A stretch of 64,000 nucleotides of DNA from an uncultured Spirochaetota bacterium (GTDB lineage Bacteria; Spirochaetota; Spirochaetia; JAFGXN01), in the NCBI GenBank assembly GCA_944388995.1, contig CALXKN010000004.1, forward strand, positions 6,394-70,393. The letters are read 5' to 3'. Each line of letters starts with the position of its first letter. Position 1 is the stretch's first letter. Shown here one piece after another: positions 56,006-64,000 of the stretch. The notes beneath the pieces were generated by a model, which was given only the letters and a program-made list of their open reading frames with translations, was not told the origin of the DNA and made no database searches. The position numbers and the translations under genes are program-made.

Positions 56006-56413
56006 GCTTTTTCTCTTTGGGAGCCGTTTTCTCTTCAATCCGGCTGAGCATTTGTGTTGAAAGAATTTGCGGCCATTCGGGAAGCACTTCGCTGCTTTCG
56101 GTCTCATAAGTGCGCAGAATCCCGAAAAAGGCGTCTTCGGCCTCCCGGTACTTTTCCTGTCTGTAAAGCAGGTACGCGATTTCGTAACGGCATTCGATTC
56201 CGATGGCTTTGTATTCGGGAAAACGCGCAATCACCTCTTCAAAAAGAGCGATCACGGCTTCGTAATCTTTTTTGGTTTTGATTTGCCCCTGCTGGACCTG
56301 GGCGTGAAAAAAAAGCTCTTCCGCCGAAAGATTCCCGTTCGTTTCCGTATCAACCGTTACGCAGGAAAAGAGAAAAAGCAAAACGGCGAAAACCGGCGCA
56401 AATGTTTTCACAC
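55971..56413 (-). CDS. small TPR-like lipoprotein
   Basis: GTG start 56413 gives MKTFAPVFAVLLFLFSC lipobox; TPR-like helices (YREAEDAFFGILRTY). ORF-track extension to 56501 unlikely. Confidence 0.45.
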
Positions 56414-56713
56414 CCGGAAGACCTCGTCGTTGACCGGCAGTTTTTTCTTTAAATCTTTCAGATATTCTTCCTCGTCGCCCATCGATTCGTAAGCGTCGCA
56501 TTGATCCAGTTTCCGGCGGATGACGGTGAAGTACTTGTAGTATTTTTCGTCACCCATTTTCTTTTTCCACATACCGGCGTCGCAGCGGACGCGGAGCTGA
56601 TATTCGCCTTCGTTCTGTGTTTGTGTTTTGATGACTTTGCAGTGAATGCAGTTGGCGCAGTATATTTTCGAATCGTCAAAATCTTTTCCGGAAGCGGAAT
56701 CACTGTCTTTCAT
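56408..56713 (-). CDS. small Cys-containing (zinc-ribbon-like) hypothetical protein
   Basis: 101 aa, CANCIHC...C pattern; overlaps downstream lipoprotein gene start (gtgtga coupling). Confidence 0.35.
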   Translation of the reverse strand: MKDSDSASGKDFDDSKIYCANCIHCKVIKTQTQNEGEYQLRVRCDAGMWKKKMGDEKYYKYFTVIRRKLDQCDAYESMGDEEEYLKDLKKKLPVNDEVFRV

Positions 56714-56895
56714 TTTTTAAAACCTCGCATTAATGCAACATTTCGCTCATTGTATTCCGTAAAAATAAAAAAGTCAATAAGAACGGGCAGAATCCGGCGG
56801 AAAACTCGTTATTTCTTGCAAAATACTCAAAAAAGTTCTTTCCATATCTGCAATTATGTTTTATAATAAAACGGCTTTTTGCAGGGAGGGAAAAA

Positions 56896-59800
56896 GTGAG
56901 TATGGTCGGTCTGCTTTTAAACGCCGTGACTTTGGCAGTTTCCGTTGCAATCGTCATTGTTTTCCGCATTATGGATCGGGATAACCGCTCTTTGGACAAA
57001 TTGAAACGATATGCGGCGTCTCTTCAGGAAGAAATCGACGGAATTGTTGAGAAATCCGTGCAGGAGCTGAAAAATACCGCTTTGGATCTGGAGGTCAATA
57101 CGAGGGCCGGGCGGGAGCTGTTAAGCGATGTCAATCGGGAAGATTCCCGTCTGACGGAAATTCAGGAGCGCATCGGCGGTCTGGAAAACAGTGTCAGAAA
57201 TTCCGAAACGGCGATGGATCAGCTTGCGGGATTGACGCAGAGTGTTGAAGAGAATATGCGCAATCTCCGCCGCGAATCGGATTTTGTTACGGCCGTTGCC
57301 AAAAAAGTGAAGGAGATCGACGAACGGACGCAGGCTATCCGCAGTGAGATGGATGAGGTTCTGAACGAATTCGAAGCAAAAGCTTCCGATTCTTTGGAAC
57401 GGATTTCACGCGAGGTTCGGGATGATTTCGAAGAGGAGAAAAAGGAATGCCTGCGTTCCATCGAGGATACAAAAGAGTCGGCCGAACGTGATTGGGCGGC
57501 TTATGTTTCGGGAGAGAAGGAAAGTTTCGATCGGGCTGCGGATGAAATCAGGGAATTTGTCCGGACCATTTCCGAAGAAGGAACCCGAATTTCCGATGAG
57601 GCCGTTTCCCGCATGAACGAAGGTGCGGCGGCAGCGGCCGATGCCTTCCGGAGCGTCTGCGGGGAGAGTCTTCAAAGTCAGCAGGACAAGATTCAGTCCG
57701 TTCGGGAATCGCTTGCCCGGGCGCTGGAAGAGCTGACGGATCAGGTTGAAAATGTCAAGTTTGCTCACCGCGAGTCAATGACGCAAATTCAATCCGAAAA
57801 AGAGCAGATGGAAGAACTTTTTCTTCAGCTGCGGCAAAAAAGCGCCGAACTGACGGATCAGACTGCCGCTCAGATGAAGGAAGATTCCAGGAAGGCGACT
57901 GCGGCCTTTAAAGCAGACTGCGAATCCTTGCAAAGGGAAAACCGGGAGCATGCGGACGGACTGAAAAATTCATTTCAGGAGGTACTTTCTTCCGTGTCGG
58001 CGCAGCTGGAGTCCGTCAAAGGAACTCACGAAGCGGCTTTAAACCGTCTGAATACCGAAAAAATGCAAATGCTGGCGCTGGTTGCCGGACAGCGGGAAAA
58101 ACTGGAAGAGCAGATCAAAAAGGAAATCGCCTCCGTTCTTTCCGGAGTCAAAGAGAAAACCGATACATATACGGCCATTTTTGATGCCAAAGTTGCCGAC
58201 GCCAAAAGCCGCGTCGAAAAAGATCTTTCCGTTCTTCAGGAAAAACAAAACAGAAACCGTTCGGTTTATGTCCGTCAGATGGAAACGCTTGAATCCGATA
58301 TCGAAAAACTTCTGGGAAAATTCAAGACACAGGCCGAAGAGGTCGAAACCCGCTATCAGCGCAACATTCAGAGCGCCATGGACCGCTCCCTTCGGCTTGA
58401 GGACGATATTTTCGAAAATCTCCGCCACAACATTGAAGAGAGGGCTGCAAAATCGGAAAAGCAGCTGGAATCCCATTTAGCTTCCCTGTTTGCTAATATA
58501 GAAACAACAAATGAAGAAATTCTGCACCATTTCGGAGAGATGCGCAGCGAAGTCGAAATGAAAAAAGAAGAGTCGAAAAAAGACTTGGAACAGTTAAAAA
58601 CATCGATTTCAGCCGCTTTGCATGAAGCCGATGCGTTTAACCGTTCGAATTTAACCCGGATTTTGGAAGAGGCTGAAACTTCCCGTAAACGTCTGCGGGA
58701 AGATTTGGACAGTTTCATAGAACGAATGAATTCGGAAATGGATTCCTTTAGGGGAAAAATTACTGACGAACTGAACCTTTCCGAAATGCGCTTGGACGAA
58801 AATACGCGCAAATTGGATCATATTTCGTCGGAAATTGACACTTCAGGCACTCAAATGATTGAATCGGCTTCAGCGCGGTTCAATCAGTCGTTGAATCTCG
58901 TTACGGCGGAAATTGAACGGAAAATAACGGAATTGAACCGTCTGTTTGAGGACCACAAAACGCATTTGGAGTACAAAGTCTCTCAAATCGATGAGGTCGA
59001 ATCGAGCATCGGACGTTATATGGAGGAGGTTTCGGTTTCTCTGGAAAAAGCCGGGAAGCGGAACGAAGAGCTTCTGGAATCATTTGCGGCGGAAGCGCAG
59101 GAGCGGCGGGAGAGCGAGCGGGCGAAAACGGAAGAAGGGTACCGCGAGATTCATCAGACCATCGAGAATATTGGAAAAGAAATCGAATCGATTAAAGCGG
59201 CGGCGTACGAAAGTACCGATAAGCAGATGTCGATTTACGAAGACCAATTTTTTGCCGATTTACGCGAACGGACCGACGCTTTGAATTTAAAAGTTTTGGA
59301 GTGGCAGCAGCAGACCGAAAAGGACATGGAAAAAATTTTGCTTGAATCCCGTGCTCATCAGGCAGAAGCGGAAGAGCAGCGGCGGGCGGCAATCGCGGAA
59401 GGGTTAAAGAAAATCGAAGAGCAGACCGACCGCGAACTGCTCCATTTAAACAGCCGCATTCAGTCGCTTCAGGATAAGATTGCTTCGGATTCCCTGCGCA
59501 ACGAACAGGAAGTAGAAGAGTTTAAAATTCAGATTAATAAAAATATCGAAGGCATCCGCAACGAGGCGCAAAACGCATTCGAAGTGGAATTTTCGAAATA
59601 CGATATGAGTATTGCGGCGAGGCTGGGTGAGTATCAAAAAAATCTGGACGGAGAGATTGAGTCGGTAAAAGGAAAGTTGGAAGAAAATATTTCCGATATA
59701 TTGAAAAGGAACGAAACCGCTTACTCCGATTTAAAGGTTATGCATTCGAACGTCATTCAGCAGATGAAAAATACGGAAGCTGATTTAAAGGCTAAATACG

Positions 59801-61086
59801 CCGATTTGAAAACTTCCGTTTCCGAGAACGTCAATATCATCAAAGATTCCTTTGCGACGCAAAAAGACGGTGTGCTTGAAAAAGCAAAACGGGATACGGA
59901 GGAGTTGGCAAAAGCGGTTCTGATAGTCAGTCAGGATGTCGAAAAAATGGGGATCGATTTACGGCAAAAGTCTGACGATGCTCTTATCGAACTGAATAAA
60001 AAGTATGATGAATTTTATGCGGAATTCAACTATAAGACCGATACGTTACTGAATGAGTTGGATTACAAAATCCGCGATTTCCGTCAGTCCAGCGCCGATA
60101 CCCGCGAAAAAATCGAAGCTGTACAGCAGAAACTTCATAACGATGTCGAAGAAGGGCGGAAAAATCTCTCTTTTCGTCTGGATGAAATTACGAAACGGAT
60201 CCGCGATTTTGAATCGCAGACAAAACTTTTTGAGCGCGCCGACAGTATGAAGAAGAAGCTGACCGATGATATCGCCTCTCTTCGTAATGAAATTGATCAG
60301 TTGGTAATTAAAAAGAAAGAATTCAAAGATATTGATGTCACCTTAGCCAAAGTGAAGGCGATAGAGGCCGATGTGACGGGGAAATTGGGGCAGCTGCAGG
60401 CCAATAAGCGGATTGTCGATGATTTGGAGAAGGACTTTAAACGGTTGCGCGATACTTCTGCCGAAATTAACTCCCGTATCGATAAAGTGACGGCTTCCAA
60501 CGACGCCGTTATGGAAATGCAGGCGCGGCTGCGGCAGTTGGATGAGCTGGAAAGAACCGTCGAGGATCAATATACCCGTTTGGAGAAAAAGGAGCACGTT
60601 CTCAATCACACCACAATGGGAATTGATAAGAATTTTGAGGAGATGCAGGAGCTGGAAACCAGGCTGAAAAATTTCGAAATATCGTTCAATGATTTTCTCG
60701 GAAAATTGGCCGGAGCATCCAAACGGATCGAATCTCTCAGTAATAATAAGGAGCGGGCCGACTTTGCTGTTGAAAAACTGATGGATCTGGACTCCATGCT
60801 TGCTGATATCGACGCGAAGATTGAGTCTGTTACAAAAGCCCGCAAATGGTTGGCCGATACCGAGTCCCGGCTGGTTCAACTCAACGACTCTGCCGTTAAA
60901 AATCTGACAACTTTAAAGGAGGTCACGGAGCTTTCCAACTTTTCAGGCGGAAAAGGAAAGGTTGATCGGAATGCTTTGATTTTACGTTTGGCTCAGCAGG
61001 GTTGGAGCGCTGCCGATATTGCGAAAAAGCTGAATATCGGACTCGGCGAAGTACAGTTGATTATAGAGACGAATCTGAATAAATAG
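56896..61086 (+). CDS. giant membrane-anchored coiled-coil protein with C-terminal helix-turn-helix (1396 aa)
   Basis: N-terminal TM (LLLNAVTLAVSVAIVIVF), about 1300 aa of E/K/Q/L-rich heptad sequence, C-terminal ILRLAQQGWSAADIAKKLNIGLGEVQLII (HTH-like). AGGGAGGG RBS before GTG 56896 / ATG 56902. Confidence 0.6.
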   Translation: MSMVGLLLNAVTLAVSVAIVIVFRIMDRDNRSLDKLKRYAASLQEEIDGIVEKSVQELKNTALDLEVNTRAGRELLSDVNREDSRLTEIQERIGGLENSVRNSETAMDQLAGLTQSVEENMRNLRRESDFVTAVAKKVKEIDERTQAIRSEMDEVLNEFEAKASDSLERISREVRDDFEEEKKECLRSIEDTKESAERDWAAYVSGEKESFDRAADEIREFVRTISEEGTRISDEAVSRMNEGAAAAADAFRSVCGESLQSQQDKIQSVRESLARALEELTDQVENVKFAHRESMTQIQSEKEQMEELFLQLRQKSAELTDQTAAQMKEDSRKATAAFKADCESLQRENREHADGLKNSFQEVLSSVSAQLESVKGTHEAALNRLNTEKMQMLALVAGQREKLEEQIKKEIASVLSGVKEKTDTYTAIFDAKVADAKSRVEKDLSVLQEKQNRNRSVYVRQMETLESDIEKLLGKFKTQAEEVETRYQRNIQSAMDRSLRLEDDIFENLRHNIEERAAKSEKQLESHLASLFANIETTNEEILHHFGEMRSEVEMKKEESKKDLEQLKTSISAALHEADAFNRSNLTRILEEAETSRKRLREDLDSFIERMNSEMDSFRGKITDELNLSEMRLDENTRKLDHISSEIDTSGTQMIESASARFNQSLNLVTAEIERKITELNRLFEDHKTHLEYKVSQIDEVESSIGRYMEEVSVSLEKAGKRNEELLESFAAEAQERRESERAKTEEGYREIHQTIENIGKEIESIKAAAYESTDKQMSIYEDQFFADLRERTDALNLKVLEWQQQTEKDMEKILLESRAHQAEAEEQRRAAIAEGLKKIEEQTDRELLHLNSRIQSLQDKIASDSLRNEQEVEEFKIQINKNIEGIRNEAQNAFEVEFSKYDMSIAARLGEYQKNLDGEIESVKGKLEENISDILKRNETAYSDLKVMHSNVIQQMKNTEADLKAKYADLKTSVSENVNIIKDSFATQKDGVLEKAKRDTEELAKAVLIVSQDVEKMGIDLRQKSDDALIELNKKYDEFYAEFNYKTDTLLNELDYKIRDFRQSSADTREKIEAVQQKLHNDVEEGRKNLSFRLDEITKRIRDFESQTKLFERADSMKKKLTDDIASLRNEIDQLVIKKKEFKDIDVTLAKVKAIEADVTGKLGQLQANKRIVDDLEKDFKRLRDTSAEINSRIDKVTASNDAVMEMQARLRQLDELERTVEDQYTRLEKKEHVLNHTTMGIDKNFEEMQELETRLKNFEISFNDFLGKLAGASKRIESLSNNKERADFAVEKLMDLDSMLADIDAKIESVTKARKWLADTESRLVQLNDSAVKNLTTLKEVTELSNFSGGKGKVDRNALILRLAQQGWSAADIAKKLNIGLGEVQLIIETNLNK

Positions 61087-61096
61087 AGGAGCGGAT

Positions 61097-61447
61097 ATGG
61101 AGCCGTGTTTATTTTGCAGGATTGCCGGCGGAGAAATTCCGTCGGAAAAAGTTTATGAGGATGAATTTGTTTACGCGTTTGAAGATATCAATCCGCAGGC
61201 GCCGGTTCACGTTTTGATCGTTCCCAAGCGTCACATTGCGCGCGTTGAAGATCTTTGCCACTCAGACGCCGAGACAGCCGGCCGTTTACTGACGGCGGCG
61301 GCGGTCATCGCGAAGCAAAGAGGGCTGACAAACGGATTCCGCGCCGTATTCAATAACGGCGCGGACGGCGGACAGGAGGTTGAACACATTCATCTGCATT
61401 TGATCGGCGGGGTCAAAATGGGCTGGCCGCCGTTTCCGTCGGTTTAA
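61097..61447 (+). CDS. HIT-family (histidine triad) protein
   Basis: HIHLHLIGG histidine-triad motif, 116 aa, AGGAG RBS. Confidence 0.8.
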   Translation: MEPCLFCRIAGGEIPSEKVYEDEFVYAFEDINPQAPVHVLIVPKRHIARVEDLCHSDAETAGRLLTAAAVIAKQRGLTNGFRAVFNNGADGGQEVEHIHLHLIGGVKMGWPPFPSV

Positions 61448-62208
61448 TCGGCAACTTCCAGCATTATCGGGCAGTGATCAGAGCCGGTGATGTCGGAAAG
61501 AATTTCGCAGGATTTTAATTTTTCTTTTAAAACCGGATTGACGCAGAAAAAGTCAATTCTCCAGCCGATGTTTTTGCTGCGCGCCTGAAAACGGTAGCTC
61601 CACCATGTATAGGCGTCGGTTTTTTCGGGGTAGAAAAAACGGAAGCAGTCGGTGTAGCCCGCGTCAAGAAACCGTTTCATCCACGCCCGTTCTTCCGGAA
61701 GATACCCGGGATTGCCTTCGTTCGCTTTCGGATTTTTTAAATCGATCGGAAACGGCGCAATGTTGTAATCGCCGCAGAGAATCACCTCCAATCCGGCCGC
61801 GGTCAGTTCATTCAGCTTCTGTTCCATCGCTTCGCAGAAGCGCAGCTTATAACCGAGACGTTTTCCGCCTTCCTGACTGTTGGGAAAGTAAGCGGAGATC
61901 AGAACCCGTTTTCCGAATGTCAGAAACAGCGCGCGGCCTTCGTCGTCGAATTCTTCTATATTCATTTTTTCGATTTTATCCGGTTCCCGTTTTGTATAAA
62001 CCGCGACGCCGCTGTAACCTTTCCGCTTGGCGTCGGCAAAACAGACCCGGTAGGGAGAAAACTCCTTGAAGTGCCGCTTTAAAACAGTCTCCTGGGCTTT
62101 GGTTTCCTGCAGGCACCAGCAGTCCGCGTCGGAACCTTTCATGATATCGAAAAGACCTTTTTCTTCCGCCGAACGGATTCCGTTGACATTCCATGAGATG
62201 ATTTTCAT
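61444..62208 (-). CDS. xth: exodeoxyribonuclease III
   Basis: MKIISWNVNGIRS N-terminus and EEP-fold motifs. Start at 62208 (ATG overlapping upstream stop as ATGA) preferred over ORF-track 62310. Confidence 0.8.
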   Translation of the reverse strand: MKIISWNVNGIRSAEEKGLFDIMKGSDADCWCLQETKAQETVLKRHFKEFSPYRVCFADAKRKGYSGVAVYTKREPDKIEKMNIEEFDDEGRALFLTFGKRVLISAYFPNSQEGGKRLGYKLRFCEAMEQKLNELTAAGLEVILCGDYNIAPFPIDLKNPKANEGNPGYLPEERAWMKRFLDAGYTDCFRFFYPEKTDAYTWWSYRFQARSKNIGWRIDFFCVNPVLKEKLKSCEILSDITGSDHCPIMLEVAD

Positions 62209-62810
62209 GTTTTGTTGCACTCCCCACCCGGCGACAGCGCCGTTTGTTTTTGTTTCAGCGCCTGAAAGAGTTCCCGCGGAATGCGCAGTTCCCTTTGCCT
62301 GGCGCTCCAATAAGTTTCTCCGTAGTCGGTAAAAATTTCTTCCCCCCGTTCGACGGTACGGGCGGCGTAAAAGAAGACAATCCAGTGCCCGTCAATGAAA
62401 AGATGATCGGCGGCTGCGTTCGGGGTAAACGAGTGGTTGGCAAACCGAAGCGCATTGCCTTTTTTCAGAGCGTTGATTTCCAGCCGCGGAAAAGTCGGCG
62501 CCGGTACAAGCCAGGCATAGTCGGTTCTTCTTGAGAACGGCAGCGCCCAGCGCTGTTCGCCGGTGTACTGACCGATCCAGTCGCCCTCAGCCAGCGTTTT
62601 GCGGGCAAAAAGACCGCAGCCGTGAACCGAAGAAGGGCGCACTTCGACGTCGGCGATCTCCCCGCGGCGGATTGATTTTCCGTATTTCTTTAAGAGCCGT
62701 TCGAATTCGTTCCGGTTGCGTTCGTAGTAACCGCGCGCGCTGAACAGAGGCCGCTGCTGAATCCGGTTTTGTGTCAAAAATTCAAAATCATCGGGATAAA
62801 ACGGCTCCAT
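62205..62810 (-). CDS. bacterial SET-domain protein (putative lysine methyltransferase)
   Basis: FANHSFTPNA (NHSCxPN-like SET motif), GCGLFA, and C-terminal EEIFTDYG; 201 aa; translationally coupled to xth. Confidence 0.6.
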   Translation of the reverse strand: MEPFYPDDFEFLTQNRIQQRPLFSARGYYERNRNEFERLLKKYGKSIRRGEIADVEVRPSSVHGCGLFARKTLAEGDWIGQYTGEQRWALPFSRRTDYAWLVPAPTFPRLEINALKKGNALRFANHSFTPNAAADHLFIDGHWIVFFYAARTVERGEEIFTDYGETYWSARQRELRIPRELFQALKQKQTALSPGGECNKT

Positions 62811-62875
62811 AGCTCATTTTATCACAAATCGGAGAAAAAGAAAACGAAAAAAAGATCTGCGTCCGTTAAAACGGA

Positions 62876-62902
62876 TTGCAAAAATCAGAAATTCGATATA
62901 AT
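62876..62902 (+). promoter_or_regulatory. candidate promoter (TTGCAA-15-TATAAT)
   Basis: ttgcaa 62876-62881, tataat 62897-62902, AGGAG RBS 62911-62915, GTG 62922. Confidence 0.3.
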
Positions 62903-62921
62903 ATAGGACAAGGAGAATTTT

Positions 62922-64000
62922 GTGGAATCGGCATCATCGATTGGTGGAACACTGGCCCGTTTTGCGAATGCCCTGAATCAAAACGGAAGCAGTTTAAATG
63001 AATTTATTGAAAAAAATTACTTAAAAAAATGGGTAAGCGACGATCTCTATCGGGTGATGAGAATTCGTACGACGTTTATTGCAGCAATGACTCGATTTTT
63101 GACGGATGAAGGGCTGCTGAATTTGGAACGAGTCTCTCTCAGTCCGGTAACCGATCCGTTGGCTCACGACATAGAGCACTCTCCGACCATTCGGTACAAA
63201 GGACAGCCGTATAAAACGACACATTCGATGATTTATTCCAAATTTCTTGCGTGTTTTAATCCGAAAATCAAAGGAATTTTTGTTGACTCCCCCAATATCC
63301 GACTGGAGATTGAAGATCCAAACGGTATTCAGCGGGGAAAATATTTAATTGATTTTTCTCAGATGGATATTGAGCTGCGCCGCTCTTGCCGACCGACTTT
63401 GGATGAGTATTTTCATCAGCGCGAAAAAGTGGAGTCGATTTTGCGGGATGAAACAGAAACGGCGCTGTCGTTTTTTGAACGATTGATTACAGCGGCTGTC
63501 AGCGAAATTGTCGAAAAAAATGCGGATGATTTAAAAGCGTTGAAAGTGTCGCTTGACGTGCCCGAAACTCCGTTTCCCCGTATTACAAGAGACGAAGCGG
63601 TGCGGTTAACGGGAACTAAAGCGTTTGAAGCGCCTCTCGGCGACGTTTTTAAGACCCATTTTTTCTGGATTACCGGATTAATGCGGGAGAATTACGATTT
63701 GATTTACCCGTATCTGAACAAAGACGGTTCGAAAATTCCTTTGTCGGATTTCCGTTCCGAGCAGATTTACAATTACGATTTATGCGCCCGCAGCCGCTCC
63801 GATGAAGGCGTTTGGGGGCAGCCTTACGAGGTTCTTTCCGGCGCCTTGAGAGAGTGGCTTTATGAACCGATTGTCGAGAGGCTGATTGACAACAAGATTT
63901 TGAGAACCAGACCGCAGTTTTCGCGGGAAGGAGAGTTGCTGAATCCCGAAGATCTGGACGGGTACGGACCGTTTTTGTGCGCGGCGCACGCTTTGACGGA
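62922..64000 (+). CDS. class II aaRS-like catalytic-core protein, AsnA (aspartate--ammonia ligase)-like; 5' part only, continues beyond window
   Basis: Open frame from GTG 62922 to window end (absent from ORF track because no stop). Motif-1-like RIRTTFIAAMTRFLTDEGLLNLERVSLSP and a YLIDFSQMDIE block reminiscent of AsnA QWDWE. Confidence 0.4.
   Translation, partial: MESASSIGGTLARFANALNQNGSSLNEFIEKNYLKKWVSDDLYRVMRIRTTFIAAMTRFLTDEGLLNLERVSLSPVTDPLAHDIEHSPTIRYKGQPYKTTHSMIYSKFLACFNPKIKGIFVDSPNIRLEIEDPNGIQRGKYLIDFSQMDIELRRSCRPTLDEYFHQREKVESILRDETETALSFFERLITAAVSEIVEKNADDLKALKVSLDVPETPFPRITRDEAVRLTGTKAFEAPLGDVFKTHFFWITGLMRENYDLIYPYLNKDGSKIPLSDFRSEQIYNYDLCARSRSDEGVWGQPYEVLSGALREWLYEPIVERLIDNKILRTRPQFSREGELLNPEDLDGYGPFLCAAHALT

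Noticed and set aside
62209-62310. Longer xth start (MERQAKG...) overlapping the SET gene by about 100 nt
   Set aside because: The conserved ExoIII N-terminus MKIISWNVNG begins at 62208 and forms an ATGA overlap with the SET stop.
1-64000. CRISPR arrays, IS elements, prophage genes, tRNA/rRNA
   Set aside because: No direct-repeat/spacer periodicity, no transposase or integrase-like ORFs, and no tRNA-like cloverleaf candidates were seen. The window appears to be chromosomal backbone plus metabolic islands.

Overview
The window is a 64-kb chromosomal segment that looks spirochete-like (Treponema-type), about 50-55% GC. It is densely coding, with long co-directional gene arrays whose members overlap by 4 nt (ATGA), and it has no rRNA, tRNA, CRISPR array, transposase or integrase. 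Recognisable housekeeping genes are priA (3' end), def, fmt, the prfA-prmC-relA/spoT-ispD-MBL array, alr, coaBC, panB, a PBP1A, mfd, xth and a HIT protein. Accessory or otherwise notable content: (1) an exo-alpha-sialidase (FRIP motif and Asp boxes) next to a secreted Gfo/Idh/MocA (GH109-like) enzyme. (2) A YcsI/DUF1445 + DUF4392 pair (split D-glutamate-cyclase-like) followed by pxpB-pxpA-pxpC, a class IV aminotransferase and alanine racemase. (3) A MoxR/DUF58/BatA-E aerotolerance operon. (4) A six-gene minus-strand cluster that reads as an archaeal-type CoA route: GHMP pantoate-kinase-like, DUF137/PPS-like, panB, an MfnA-type PLP decarboxylase and coaBC, headed by an orphan 2-oxoacid-dehydrogenase E2 catalytic domain. 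(5) A fused PyrB-PyrI aspartate carbamoyltransferase. (6) A YitJ-like homocysteine S-methyltransferase/MTHFR fusion preceded by a roughly 450-nt GC-rich structured untranslated region. (7) A 1396-aa membrane-anchored coiled-coil protein with a C-terminal HTH. (8) A DUF2130 zinc-ribbon/coiled-coil/PD-(D/E)xK-like protein and a bacterial SET-domain protein coupled to xth. All calls rest on motif-level reading of the supplied translations; no database searches were run.
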